Of a stretch of DNA of 64,000 nt, positions 9,346 to 20,144 are shown in pieces. The translations under genes and the position numbers were made by a program. The DNA is from an uncultured Gammaproteobacteria bacterium (GTDB lineage: Bacteria; Cyanobacteriota; Vampirovibrionia; 2-02-FULL-35-15), in contig CAZRTB010000003.1 in the NCBI GenBank assembly GCA_964602915.1, forward strand, positions 75,914-139,913, in the 5' to 3' direction. Every line of letters starts with the position of its first letter. Position 1 is the first letter of the stretch. Below the pieces are notes generated by a model. The model made no database searches and had not been told where the DNA came from. It saw only the letters and a program-made list of their open reading frames with translations.

Positions 9346-11192
9346 TATTCGCCAGAACTATCTTCTTCCAGACTTGCTTCTAATAGTTTTCTCTCATCAG
9401 GAAGCAAAACTTTTTGTCCCACTCTGAGTTTAAATTTCTTATCCCCTTTTACAAGGTCAATAGTAGGATCTTCATTCCTGGATTTACTTTTAACAATCTG
9501 CTTGACATACCAGTCTTCAATAGGGTCAAATAAAGAAGCTTCAATCCTATTTGGCACACTCATTCCTAAAGAGGTTTTTAGCTTAGCTTCTCTCGTTTCT
9601 TTATCATCTTCAGGTTTTACAGCATAGTCAGCAGTATAAACATTAACTAGAGCTAAATTTTTATCTTTTGTACTTATTACACCAACCAACTCTACTTGTT
9701 TTCTTTGTAACTGAATATCAGGTTTTGGTTTCTCTGCTTCAGGAACTTCTTTCTTTTCAGGTGGTGGTGGTAAAACAGCTTCCTGACCAAATGGATCAAA
9801 TCTGTTTTCAATAGCATCTCTTGCCATTAAAATTAAAGCTAATCTATCTTTTTCAGTAATTGGCTGAATATAATCTGGATCTTCACTAACTATAGCTTCA
9901 GTAATTTCATTTGCTCCTTCATTTCCTAAAGGAATTTTATTATTCTTATTAAATAGCCCACTTATAAAATCTTCTTTTTTAACAGAACTTATACTCTTTT
10001 TATTAAACAAATCTCTAACAACAATCTTTTCTTTATTTCCTTCAGTCGAAACATTTGGTAAATCCATAGAAGGAACTAAATATCCCCAGGCTAGATATAA
10101 CAGAGTAGCGGTCAACCCACCTAAAATAACTATCTTCAAAGGACCAAGTCTATCATTCTGATAATTATCAAACATTTTCGAACCTTTCATTTGCAATTCT
10201 ATACCATTATCAAAGTTTTTTGTAGTCTCATCTTGCAAGTCTTTTGGAATGTCAGGTTTTATAGCCCTTATAACAGGAATTACTGTGCTCTGTTCTTCAA
10301 CAGAAGCAGTGAATTGGTTTTTATAAAAATCATTTATATTTTCAGACTGGGGTTGATCTTCCTCTTTCTTTTCCAGATCTTGAGCTTCAACAGATTTAAA
10401 CTTAATTTCATTTTCTTCAGCACTATCAACCAGCTCAGATTCTAAACCTCCATGAAAAATATCTTCGACTCCAACCTGCTCAACCTCAGTTGAAGCCCAA
10501 GGGAAAGATGCAGAATGGATCTCCTCAATCTCTTTATTATGTTCTTCTAAAGAAATCCTTTCTTCAAAAAGATTCGACAGATCTTCTTTTTTAGGTTCTG
10601 TTTTTTTAACTTCTGGAGTTTTAGTTTCTTGCGGCTCTGCTTTTGCAGTCTTCTTTAATTCAGATTCATCACTAATAAAATATGGCTTTTTAGATTTTGT
10701 GGTTTTTGATTTTTTACTTTTCTTTTGTTGAACTGGTGGCCATACATATGCCGATGGTGATTCGCCCGAAGTACTTATTTGGACTTCTTCAAAAGGTGGC
10801 ATAACTGCAGTGCTTGGAGAAATAATTAAATCTTCTTCACTCTGAACAATTTGAGCAGAGACATTAAAGGTTACATCTTTCCTTGTTTCAATTTCTACCT
10901 GTGGTTTAATATCAGGTTTAGGCTCACCCTTCTTCCTCAACGGATTAGAATAGCCTTCGCTTTGAACTGACGACTCACTCTCAACCTCTCTCTTAATTGG
11001 CAAGTCAAGAGAAGTATCATCAAAGATTATTGTCGTTAAATTTTTGTCAAGGCTTTGTAACTTGCCAAGTTTAACTCTTTTAAAATTTACTTTTGGAAGT
11101 TTTGCTTCTAAGTTCTGAAATGTAGAATAAGATTTTAAGAGAAGATCAAACTGCTCTAATTCTTCATTAGACATTTCATTAAAATTTTGCAT
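9345..11192 (-). CDS. Hypothetical Lys/Glu-rich protein with a single central transmembrane helix
   Basis: Transmembrane segment LGPLKIVILGGLTATLLYLAWGYLV and charged low-complexity regions. Immediately downstream of the GspE-like ATPase on the same strand. Confidence 0.45.
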   Translation of the reverse strand: MQNFNEMSNEELEQFDLLLKSYSTFQNLEAKLPKVNFKRVKLGKLQSLDKNLTTIIFDDTSLDLPIKREVESESSVQSEGYSNPLRKKGEPKPDIKPQVEIETRKDVTFNVSAQIVQSEEDLIISPSTAVMPPFEEVQISTSGESPSAYVWPPVQQKKSKKSKTTKSKKPYFISDESELKKTAKAEPQETKTPEVKKTEPKKEDLSNLFEERISLEEHNKEIEEIHSASFPWASTEVEQVGVEDIFHGGLESELVDSAEENEIKFKSVEAQDLEKKEEDQPQSENINDFYKNQFTASVEEQSTVIPVIRAIKPDIPKDLQDETTKNFDNGIELQMKGSKMFDNYQNDRLGPLKIVILGGLTATLLYLAWGYLVPSMDLPNVSTEGNKEKIVVRDLFNKKSISSVKKEDFISGLFNKNNKIPLGNEGANEITEAIVSEDPDYIQPITEKDRLALILMARDAIENRFDPFGQEAVLPPPPEKKEVPEAEKPKPDIQLQRKQVELVGVISTKDKNLALVNVYTADYAVKPEDDKETREAKLKTSLGMSVPNRIEASLFDPIEDWYVKQIVKSKSRNEDPTIDLVKGDKKFKLRVGQKVLLPDERKLLEASLEEDSSGE

Positions 11193-11203
11193 TTATTTTT
11201 TTT

Positions 11204-12952
11204 CTAACTCTGCTTAACTATAGGTATAACTCTTAAAAGTTCTTCTAATGTGGTTTTTCTTTTTCTAACTTTTTGGATTCCTGCATGAGCCAAAGAAGGA
11301 ACACCAAGTCTTACAAGTTCAGTTTTAATTTCATTTAGATTTGGTTTTTCTTGAATCATCTGTTCGATTTTATCTGTTACTGGCATGATTTCAAAAACTC
11401 CTTCTCTACCAGAATATCCACTACCACCACATTTTTCACAACCTACAGCTTTAGCAAAAGACTCATCTGTAGATGACGATAGACTTAACAATTCAAGTTC
11501 CTCAACGGAAGGTTTATACTCCTGATAACAAGAGCAAACTTTACGAACAAGCCTTTGTGCTACAACACCAATTAAAGCGCTTGATATCAAATATGGTGCA
11601 ATACCCATATCCATAAGTCTTGTTATAGTACTTGCCGCATCATTTGTATGCAAAGTACTTAGAACAAGGTGACCTGTAAGTGCCGCTTGAATAGCAATTT
11701 CTGCTGTCTCAAGATCTCTAATTTCACCTATCATTACGATATCAGGATCCTGACGTAAAATACTTCTTAAACCCGAAGCAAATGTAAGACCTGCTTTTAC
11801 ATTAACCTGAACCTGATTAACTCTAGCTAGCTGATACTCAACCGGATCTTCTACGGTAACAACATTTTTAGTCGTATCGACTAACTTTGCCAAGCTAGTA
11901 TAAAGAGTACTCGTTTTACCTGAACCAGTAGGACCAGTAATCAATATCATCCCTTGACTTCTACCGAGCCATTCTTCATAAGCCGCCAATCTTCCTTTTG
12001 GCATACCAAGGTCCAATAAACTACTATAATTGTTTTCATGGGGGAGAATTCTTATAACACATTTCTCACCATGTAACGTAGGCAATGTTGACACACGGAG
12101 ATCTACTCTATGACCACTAAGTACTTCAGTCACACGTCCATCCTGAGGTTGTCTTTGCTCAGCGATATTCAAATCAGCAATTATCTTTATACGAGCAATT
12201 ACAACTTTTCTTAGATCCTGAACAGTTGAAAAATATCTACAGATATCTCTTAGGATTCCATCAACTCTAAATCTAACGACCAATCCTTTTGTCGTCGGTT
12301 CAAAGTGAATATCACTTGTTCTCTGAGATAGAGCTTCAGCCATTAATGCTCTTACATCATTTGCAATAGCACCTTCATCAGTAGCCATAATCTGACGAAT
12401 CGGAATTTTATCAATACTAGCTTCAAGCTCTGCGCCTAATTTTGCTTGGGGAGCAGGAATAGATTCTGCTTGTGATTGAGATTGTTTTGATTGAGAAGGT
12501 TTTTGTTGTAATAAAGAAGCTTGAGCTTGACCCGTTGGTTTTGATGAATATCCTTGTACATCAGCAGGTGTTTTTCCAATCAATGCAAACCATTTATTCC
12601 AACTATCTTGTTTTATCGGCTTAAATTCAATTTGACAACCATTTAAAAAGTCTGAGAGAGTTTTCTTTAAAGTAGGGTCTGGGTTATTCGGAACACCAAC
12701 ATAAAGCTTATTACTCCAGAAAAGAAGTGGTATAGCCTGTTCTGCTGGCCATGCAGATGGCATAGCTGATAAAAGCTGTTTGTCCAAATATTCAAAATTT
12801 AATTCTCCATTCTGATCAACTAATAGATTCAATGCATCATTTAGCGATGCCTTTCCTGATTTTAGTAATTGAGTTAGTGACACTTTTGATGGATTTGCTG
12901 TTGCCATAACAATATTATTCCCAAAATTATTTTTCAGACTATTATCTAACAA
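11204..12952 (-). CDS. Type II secretion / type IV pilus-family ATPase (GspE/PilB-like) with an N-terminal T2SSE_N/MshEN-like domain
   Basis: Walker A GPTGSGKTSTLY, Asp/His boxes, and a tetracysteine zinc motif CEKCGGSGYSGREG. Confidence 0.85.
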   Translation of the reverse strand: MLDNSLKNNFGNNIVMATANPSKVSLTQLLKSGKASLNDALNLLVDQNGELNFEYLDKQLLSAMPSAWPAEQAIPLLFWSNKLYVGVPNNPDPTLKKTLSDFLNGCQIEFKPIKQDSWNKWFALIGKTPADVQGYSSKPTGQAQASLLQQKPSQSKQSQSQAESIPAPQAKLGAELEASIDKIPIRQIMATDEGAIANDVRALMAEALSQRTSDIHFEPTTKGLVVRFRVDGILRDICRYFSTVQDLRKVVIARIKIIADLNIAEQRQPQDGRVTEVLSGHRVDLRVSTLPTLHGEKCVIRILPHENNYSSLLDLGMPKGRLAAYEEWLGRSQGMILITGPTGSGKTSTLYTSLAKLVDTTKNVVTVEDPVEYQLARVNQVQVNVKAGLTFASGLRSILRQDPDIVMIGEIRDLETAEIAIQAALTGHLVLSTLHTNDAASTITRLMDMGIAPYLISSALIGVVAQRLVRKVCSCYQEYKPSVEELELLSLSSSTDESFAKAVGCEKCGGSGYSGREGVFEIMPVTDKIEQMIQEKPNLNEIKTELVRLGVPSLAHAGIQKVRKRKTTLEELLRVIPIVKQS

Positions 12953-13193
12953 TTAAAGACATCTTTTAGAACTATTTATTCACAACATAAAGGTTATAAC
13001 ATTTTACTTCAACTTTTTTTGTCGTAAAAATCCTATTTAATTTGGTCAAAAAGACTACTATTTCAAGCATATCTAATATCTATACCCCACTTCTTTGAAC
13101 TAGAACTCACTTATTAACCACTTTTTAACGTTAATATTATCTTTATATTTTATTCAGGTGGCACACTAATAAGAATATCTCATCATTTAAAAA

Positions 13194-14519
13194 GTGAACA
13201 AAAGTTTTAATTTTAGAATTTATGAACAAAGAAGAAAAAAACTTTCTCAAAAGTTAGCAAACAATTCTTTGCTTATAGTTCCAAATTCTAATCATTCAAT
13301 TAGATCAAACGATGTTGAATATAGATTTAAAGCTGATCCTGATTTTCAATATTTAAGTGGATTTGAAGAACCCTCTTCAATACTTGTTTTGAAAAAAGAA
13401 AAGAATAATACGAAATTTATTTTATACGTTCCACCAAAAGATAAAGATAAAGAAATTTGGACAGGAAAAAGACATGGTACAGAAGGAGCAAAAAGCATTT
13501 TTAAAGCTCACCAAGCTTTTGATATTTCAACTTTCTACAAAGAATTTCATAACTTAATTCAAAATACAAATACGATTTACTATCCAATAGGAAGATTTAA
13601 AGATTTAGATCTTAAAATTACAAGTTTAATTAATAATCAAAAGAACTTAAATAGATCTGGGGCTAATTCTTTAAATTCAATTTCTGACTCAAGAGATCTT
13701 ATTCATGAAATGAGATTAATAAAAGACTCTCATGAAATTTCACTTATGCAAAAAGCCGCAGATATTTCAAGGCTGGCTCACATTGATGCTATGAAATTTG
13801 CAAAGCCTGGAATGTATGAATATGAACTTGAAGCAATTATAGAAAGTAGGTTTAGAAAAGAAGGTTCAGCAGGACCTTCTTATCCTACTATCGCTGGATC
13901 TGGAGAAAACTGCACTATTCTTCACTACATTGAAAATAATAAGCTAATAAGAAAAGATCAGTTAATTTTAATTGATGCTGGATGTGAGTATGAGAATTAT
14001 GCTTCAGATCTCACTAGAACTTTCCCTTCAGGAAAAAAATTCACAAGTCCACAAAAAGATTTATATGAAATAGTACTTTCTGCACAGAACTCTGCTATCA
14101 AACAGTCTAAGCCAGGAAAGACTTTTGACTCAGTACACCAAAAAGCTTTAAGAACAATAATTGAAGGATTAAAAGAGCTAAAATTATTAAAAGGTAGTTA
14201 CGAAAAGATTGTTAAAAGTGGTGAGTATAGAAAATTCTACATGCATAAAACCGGTCACTGGCTTGGCTTAGACGTACATGATGCAGGAAGATATTTTGAT
14301 GAAAATAAAAAGTCAATCAAACTGCAAGCCGGAATGGTTACCACCGTTGAGCCAGGGATCTATATTTCAAGAGATTTAAATGTACCAAAACACTTCAGAG
14401 GCATTGGAATTAGAATTGAAGATGATGTTCTTATCACCAAGAGCGGGAACAAAGTATTAACAGCTGGCACGCCTAAAACAGTTAAGGAAATAGAAGCTAT
14501 TAGAGAAAATAATTTTTAA
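13194..14519 (+). CDS. pepP: Xaa-Pro aminopeptidase (M24B family)
   Basis: HKTGHWLGLDVHD and GIRIEDD metal-ligand motifs. Confidence 0.85.
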   Translation: MNKSFNFRIYEQRRKKLSQKLANNSLLIVPNSNHSIRSNDVEYRFKADPDFQYLSGFEEPSSILVLKKEKNNTKFILYVPPKDKDKEIWTGKRHGTEGAKSIFKAHQAFDISTFYKEFHNLIQNTNTIYYPIGRFKDLDLKITSLINNQKNLNRSGANSLNSISDSRDLIHEMRLIKDSHEISLMQKAADISRLAHIDAMKFAKPGMYEYELEAIIESRFRKEGSAGPSYPTIAGSGENCTILHYIENNKLIRKDQLILIDAGCEYENYASDLTRTFPSGKKFTSPQKDLYEIVLSAQNSAIKQSKPGKTFDSVHQKALRTIIEGLKELKLLKGSYEKIVKSGEYRKFYMHKTGHWLGLDVHDAGRYFDENKKSIKLQAGMVTTVEPGIYISRDLNVPKHFRGIGIRIEDDVLITKSGNKVLTAGTPKTVKEIEAIRENNF

Positions 14520-14527
14520 GATTTCAG

Positions 14528-15445
14528 CTATTCAAATGGATTTGAAGGTCTTGTCGTATCTGATCCCCCCATTGCTGGTGGAGGCTGTTGTTTTGGGGAA
14601 TTATCTGCTGGTGCAGGTGGGGGAGCGCTATTGCTGGAAGAATCTGCATTAATTGTTTTTAATGACTGAGAAGTTCCACTTCCACTTCCTACCTGAGCTT
14701 CAGCCGGTGAACTCTGGGCTGGAGCAGAAGCTGGGGGTGTTGTTGAACCTTCTTCTTTTTTAACTTGTTGCTCAGCTTGTGGTTGTGGGGACGATCCAGG
14801 ATTTGTCGGTGGTGGGGCTGTTTGTTGACTGTTTTGAGCTGGGGGTGGGGGAGTAACAGGAGAAGGAGGAGTAGTTCCACTTCTTTTTTGTTTAGCTTTT
14901 CCTGTTGAAAAATATGTTGGTGCAACCATTGAAGTCCCTGAAGGAGCTGACATTGAATCTTCACTTTGAGGTTTTAAAATATAACTTATGCCTTCTACAT
15001 CAGTAATTTCAATTCTCGCAGTAGGATTAAAATTAATCATTGAAATTGATATGGTTTGAGAATCATCTAAAAAATCACCAAGCTGATATTCTTTTGCTGG
15101 ATCATCTGGAGTTGAAAGATTTTTTAAAAGCACTCTAGGTTTATTACCTATAAGATAAATTGCTATTAATTTAAATACTTTACTTGGATCAGATTTTTCT
15201 TCAATATCATCAGCAAGAGCAGAATCCTCTTCACTTATGACATCTTCTTTTTTATCTTTTTTGCTTTTTGAATCTTTATCTTTTTTTGGATCACTTTTTG
15301 CTTTGTCTTTCGAAATGGTCTCTTTTGTTTTAGGAAGACTTTTTGAAAGTGATGAAGCAGAAAACACTTTTATATCAAAAGTAAATATAGAAAGCAGAAT
15401 TACTGCCAATGCTAAATATTTAAAATAAATTTTTCTTTTCACCAT
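14528..15445 (-). CDS. Secreted or membrane-anchored low-complexity protein rich in Lys/Asp and Pro/Gln
   Basis: N-terminal hydrophobic signal/anchor, a KDKxxK charged stretch, and a long PPPxxP/SPxQ C-terminal region. Confidence 0.5.
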   Translation of the reverse strand: MVKRKIYFKYLALAVILLSIFTFDIKVFSASSLSKSLPKTKETISKDKAKSDPKKDKDSKSKKDKKEDVISEEDSALADDIEEKSDPSKVFKLIAIYLIGNKPRVLLKNLSTPDDPAKEYQLGDFLDDSQTISISMINFNPTARIEITDVEGISYILKPQSEDSMSAPSGTSMVAPTYFSTGKAKQKRSGTTPPSPVTPPPPAQNSQQTAPPPTNPGSSPQPQAEQQVKKEEGSTTPPASAPAQSSPAEAQVGSGSGTSQSLKTINADSSSNSAPPPAPADNSPKQQPPPAMGGSDTTRPSNPFE

Positions 15446-15577
15446 CTTTACTAATTTGTTTTATTTACGTCTCTTATATTTCTTACCCTATTTAAGTAAA
15501 TTTAGTATCTATAAAAATATTAATATATCTTACGAATAATGCTCTTCATAACTTTTATGGACTTTACCTAACTTTTA

Positions 15578-17140
15578 ATGCCTTATTTTAACAAAAAGCT
15601 CTATAATCTTTTTGTTATGATTTGGCTTAAAGATATTATTTCAATTTTATATCCAGAATTACTTGTGCTTTTAGCATTAATACTAGCGATTTTATTAAGT
15701 ACAAGTAAAAATAAAAGCCTTATATGGCTTACTTCTTTAATTCTTTTATTATCTGGACTGGTGCATATAGTCAAAACTCAGCTTCCACTAAAAGAACCTA
15801 TTCAGATTTTAAGCGGCATGTTTATAGCTGACAATTTAAGTATAGTTTTTAGAACATTAATACTACTAATATCAATTTTAGTTATTTTAGGATCTGTAAA
15901 GTATTCAGAAGGCTTTACTCATAAAAGTGAATTTATGATCGTATTGCTCAGTGCTATTTTAGGAGCCATGTTCCTTGCTGGTGCAAACGATCTCATTACA
16001 CTTTTTGTTGCACTTGAAACAATGGGTCTAAGTTCAATACTGTTAGTAGGATATTCAAAATATGACTTACGTAGTAATGAAGCTTCACTTAAATACCTTT
16101 TAAATAGTGCAAGTGCATCTGCCATATTTTTATTTGGATTATCTATTCTTTATGGGATATGTGGATCCACTCATTTCTATGAAATTAAATATAAATTATT
16201 ACAGCAATCGCTAAACGGCAATTTAAACATTTCAATTATTAGCGTAATGATTGTTTTAATTATCGGTGGACTTGCATTTAAACTTGGTGGTGCACCGATG
16301 CACATGTGGTCTCCAGATGTATATGAAGGAGCACCTACACCAGTAACTGCATTCCTTTCTATTATTTCAAAATCAGCAGGACTTGTAATCAGCATAAGAA
16401 TATTATTTAATTTATTTGATTTTGCAGTAAATTCATGGCAACCAATCATTGTAATTATTTCAATCTTATCGATGATAATCGGTAATTTTGTAGCACTTTC
16501 AGAAGTTATAAGCAGAGCTTCTATAAAAAGACTCATGGCATATTCCTCAATTGCACAGATTGGTTATATACTTTCAGGTCTAGCTCTTGCAAAACCAGAA
16601 ACAGTTTCAGCAAGCATCTTTTACATGATCGTTTATTCCATAATGAATATTGGCGCATTCCTTTGCATAATTGGTTTTGGAAATGAAGCAAACTCAGACA
16701 ATATTTCTGACTACGCAGGACTTGCAAAGAAAAGACCGCTTTTAGCTTTTGCATTTGCAATATGCTTATTTAACCTTGCAGGGTTACCAGTACCGCCTGC
16801 TGGATTTATAGCAAAGTTTATATTATTTAAAGTTAGTTTTTCAGCTGGTAGCTTAGGGGTTATATTAGGAAGTATTGGGCTAGTTACAACAATACTTTCA
16901 ATTTATTATTATTCATTTGTAGCGAAACTTATGATAGTCGACGAACCATCAGAAGCAGTTTTAAAAATTGATTCAAATCCTTTAGCTTTAGGAGCATCAA
17001 AAGAATTAAATACTGCTATTTCTTTTGCATTAGCAGGAATATTTGCACTGGTTTTTGTAAGCAGTTCTATACTTAAGTACTCAGATAAAACAGCTAATGG
17101 ACTAGCATCAATAGAACACATTATTAGTTATAAGAAGTAA
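15578..17140 (+). CDS. NuoN/ND2-like proton-pumping antiporter subunit (complex I / Mrp family), stand-alone
   Basis: MHMWSPDVYEGAPTPVTAF motif and about 14 predicted transmembrane helices. No other nuo or mrp genes in the window. Confidence 0.75.
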   Translation: MPYFNKKLYNLFVMIWLKDIISILYPELLVLLALILAILLSTSKNKSLIWLTSLILLLSGLVHIVKTQLPLKEPIQILSGMFIADNLSIVFRTLILLISILVILGSVKYSEGFTHKSEFMIVLLSAILGAMFLAGANDLITLFVALETMGLSSILLVGYSKYDLRSNEASLKYLLNSASASAIFLFGLSILYGICGSTHFYEIKYKLLQQSLNGNLNISIISVMIVLIIGGLAFKLGGAPMHMWSPDVYEGAPTPVTAFLSIISKSAGLVISIRILFNLFDFAVNSWQPIIVIISILSMIIGNFVALSEVISRASIKRLMAYSSIAQIGYILSGLALAKPETVSASIFYMIVYSIMNIGAFLCIIGFGNEANSDNISDYAGLAKKRPLLAFAFAICLFNLAGLPVPPAGFIAKFILFKVSFSAGSLGVILGSIGLVTTILSIYYYSFVAKLMIVDEPSEAVLKIDSNPLALGASKELNTAISFALAGIFALVFVSSSILKYSDKTANGLASIEHIISYKK

Positions 17141-17193
17141 TTCAATAAAAGATAAGTGACATACACCGCTAGGTATAATATACTTATTATATT

Positions 17194-18492
17194 ATGTCTA
17201 ATAAAACTTCAAATTTAAAAGAGCTTTTACAAAAAGATGAGAATTACCTCTCAAGCGCACTTTATAGAGTTTTTCATATTGTTGCAGAAAAAGGAGAAGG
17301 TCCCTATCTTTATACTACTGATGGAGAAAAATATTTAGACCTTACTTGTGGTATTGGTGTAACTCAGCTTGGACACTGCCATCCTGAAATAGTCCAGACA
17401 GCAAAAGACCAAGTAGAAAAACTAATTCACATTAGTTGCGTAACACATCACACCTTAAATATTCAGCTGGCAGAAAAACTTTCAGAGATCTTACCTGGAG
17501 ATATTAATAATACTTTTTTTTGTAATAGCGGAGCAGAAGCAGTAGATGGAGCGATAAAACTCAGTCGCTATGCAAACCCTGGAAGACCAAACATTGTTTC
17601 ATTCAGAGGATCATTTCATGGAAGAACTTTAGGAAGCACTGCTCTTTCTTCATCTAAAGCACTTCACAGAAAACATTATGACCCACTTCTAACCGGTATA
17701 AATTTTGTTGACTATCCAAACTGCTATTCTTGCCCTGTATTTAAAGACCCGAGTAGTTGTAATCTAGAATGCCTTGATCTTTTAACAAGGATGTTTAAGC
17801 TAAATCTACCACCAGAATCTGTTTCAGCCATTATTATTGAACCGATAATTGGAGAAGGTGGCTACATTCCATCTCCACCAAATGCTTTAAATAAAAAGCA
17901 CAGCTATTTAAAAGAACTAAGAAAAATATGCGACCAATATGGCATTTTATTAATTGCTGATGAGGTTCAGTCAGGAATTGCAAGAACAGGGAAATGGTTT
18001 GGCATTGATAACTATGACGTAGTACCAGATGTAATCACTATGGCAAAAGGACTTGGCAGTGGGTTTCCTATCGGCGCATTTGCATCAAAGAAAAAATTTA
18101 TGTCACTAATGCCACCAGGCTCACATGGAAGTACATTTGGAGGAAATCCAGTTTCCTGTGCTGTAGGATATAAGACTTTAGAAATTATTGAAAGAGATAA
18201 AATTTTAGATTATGTTTCTAAGACTGGAACTGAAATAATGAAACATTTAGAAAACGAACTGAAATCAAAAGCAAAAGTTAGAGGCTTTGGTTTTATGATA
18301 GGAATTGATTTAGGATCAAAAGAAAAAGTAGACAAAGTAATAGAAGAATGTTTCAAAGAAAAAATGCTTGTATTGAGCGCTGGAGCTGATCAAAGTGCCA
18401 TTAGACTTATACCTCCACTAAATATTGAAAAATCCCTTTTAAAGTCTTCAACTGATAAAATTATTGAAATTATAAAAAAGCTTAAGCAATAG
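17194..18492 (+). CDS. Class III pyridoxal-phosphate-dependent aminotransferase (GABA/acetylornithine/omega-amino acid aminotransferase family)
   Basis: Class III aminotransferase fold and motifs; followed 11 nt later by an aldehyde dehydrogenase gene (gabT/gabD-like pair). Confidence 0.8.
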   Translation: MSNKTSNLKELLQKDENYLSSALYRVFHIVAEKGEGPYLYTTDGEKYLDLTCGIGVTQLGHCHPEIVQTAKDQVEKLIHISCVTHHTLNIQLAEKLSEILPGDINNTFFCNSGAEAVDGAIKLSRYANPGRPNIVSFRGSFHGRTLGSTALSSSKALHRKHYDPLLTGINFVDYPNCYSCPVFKDPSSCNLECLDLLTRMFKLNLPPESVSAIIIEPIIGEGGYIPSPPNALNKKHSYLKELRKICDQYGILLIADEVQSGIARTGKWFGIDNYDVVPDVITMAKGLGSGFPIGAFASKKKFMSLMPPGSHGSTFGGNPVSCAVGYKTLEIIERDKILDYVSKTGTEIMKHLENELKSKAKVRGFGFMIGIDLGSKEKVDKVIEECFKEKMLVLSAGADQSAIRLIPPLNIEKSLLKSSTDKIIEIIKKLKQ

Positions 18493-18502
18493 AGGAGGAA
18501 CT

Positions 18503-20002
18503 ATGACAACAGCAACTGCAACCACTTATAAAAATAACATTGGTGGTTCTTTAAAAGACTCTTCAAGTACAGATTTTTTTGAAAAATATAATCCTGCCGA
18601 TAAAAATGATTTTTTAGGTAGATTTCCTAAATCAAATGAAAAGGATTTAGAAGAAGCAGTAATTGAAGCTAAAAAAGCTTTTGAAATATGGAAAAATACC
18701 CCAGCTCCAAAAAGAGCAGAAGTACTTTATAAAGCGGCAGAAATTACAATGAATGAGAAAGAGTCACTAGCACAGATTCTCACTCGTGAAACAGGAAAAC
18801 CTATCGTAGAAGCACGTGGAGAGATTCAGGAAGTAATAGATACTTACATGTTTTTTGCTGGTGAAGGCAGAAGGATTTATGGGATGACTGGTCAAAGTGA
18901 ACTTCACAATAAATCTATCATCACTATCAGACAACCTATCGGTATTTGTGGACTTATTCCTGCATGGAATTTTCCATCAGCAGTACCCAGCTGGAAAGCG
19001 GCACCTGCATTAATCACTGGAAATGTTTGTATTATAAAACCATCTAAAGATGCTCCGATATCAGCCTACAGACTAGTAGAAAATCTATACAAAGCAGGAC
19101 TTCCAAAAGGCTGTGCCAGTGTGCTTTTCGGCAGTGGAGAGTTTGGCGACAAGATAGTTCGTCATCCTGATATAAAAGTTATTAGTATAACTGGCTCTAC
19201 AGAAGTAGGCAGTAAAGTTTATGAAATTTGTGGGAAAATGTTAAAAAAATGTGCATTGGAACTTGGTGGAAAAAATGCTATTGTGGCACTTGAAGATGCA
19301 AATCAGAATTTACTTTTAGAAGGTGTTTTATGGGGATCATTTGGTACTGCAGGTCAGAGATGTACTTCATGTAGCAGACTAATTATTCAGAAATCTTCAT
19401 GGAGTGACTCTTTTATAGAGAAGCTTGCTAATACTGCTAAAAAATTAGTAGTAGGAAATGGTTTAAATGATAAGACACAAGTAGGTCCAGTAATTACTGA
19501 CGCTCAAAGAAAAAACATTCATGGTTTTGTAGAGCGTGCCATTAAAGAAGGCGGGAAAGTTCTTTGTGGTGGAAATATTTTAAGTGGTGGTGATTATGAC
19601 AAAGGAAATTTCTATGCTCCTACCATAGTTACCGGTATTAAACCAAACATGGAACTAGCCTGTGAAGAGGTTTTCGGACCAGTTTTAGCCGTTATTGAAG
19701 TAAAAGATTTTGAAGAGGCTATCAAAGTCGCTAATAATACTCAGTATGGATTATCTCTTTCTATTTACACTAAAGATGTAAATCTTGCAATGCAAGCAAG
19801 CAATAGATTAGAATCTGGAATTGTTTATATCAATGCTCCTACTATCGGTGCAGAGTGTGGTGGTGCCGCCGCATTCGGAGGATGGAAACATACAGGAAAC
19901 GGCTCCCGTGAAGGTGGAGTTTTAGCTCTTGATACTTATACTCAGTACAAAACCATTTATATAGACTACTCAAATAAACTACAAAGAGCACAGATAGATT
20001 AG
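18503..20002 (+). CDS. NAD(P)-dependent aldehyde dehydrogenase (succinate-semialdehyde dehydrogenase-like)
   Basis: Catalytic motifs ELGGKNA and CTSCSR. Strong Shine-Dalgarno AGGAGG upstream. Confidence 0.85.
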   Translation: MTTATATTYKNNIGGSLKDSSSTDFFEKYNPADKNDFLGRFPKSNEKDLEEAVIEAKKAFEIWKNTPAPKRAEVLYKAAEITMNEKESLAQILTRETGKPIVEARGEIQEVIDTYMFFAGEGRRIYGMTGQSELHNKSIITIRQPIGICGLIPAWNFPSAVPSWKAAPALITGNVCIIKPSKDAPISAYRLVENLYKAGLPKGCASVLFGSGEFGDKIVRHPDIKVISITGSTEVGSKVYEICGKMLKKCALELGGKNAIVALEDANQNLLLEGVLWGSFGTAGQRCTSCSRLIIQKSSWSDSFIEKLANTAKKLVVGNGLNDKTQVGPVITDAQRKNIHGFVERAIKEGGKVLCGGNILSGGDYDKGNFYAPTIVTGIKPNMELACEEVFGPVLAVIEVKDFEEAIKVANNTQYGLSLSIYTKDVNLAMQASNRLESGIVYINAPTIGAECGGAAAFGGWKHTGNGSREGGVLALDTYTQYKTIYIDYSNKLQRAQID

Positions 20003-20144
20003 TTTATAGAATATTTTAGAATAACACAAAAGATAATATATCTTATAATTTATATTATTCACACATTTACATATCTTTTAACATATATTTAATGTTTATC
20101 AATATAGTGTATAAGGTATAATAAAAACAAGAATTACGAATGAA

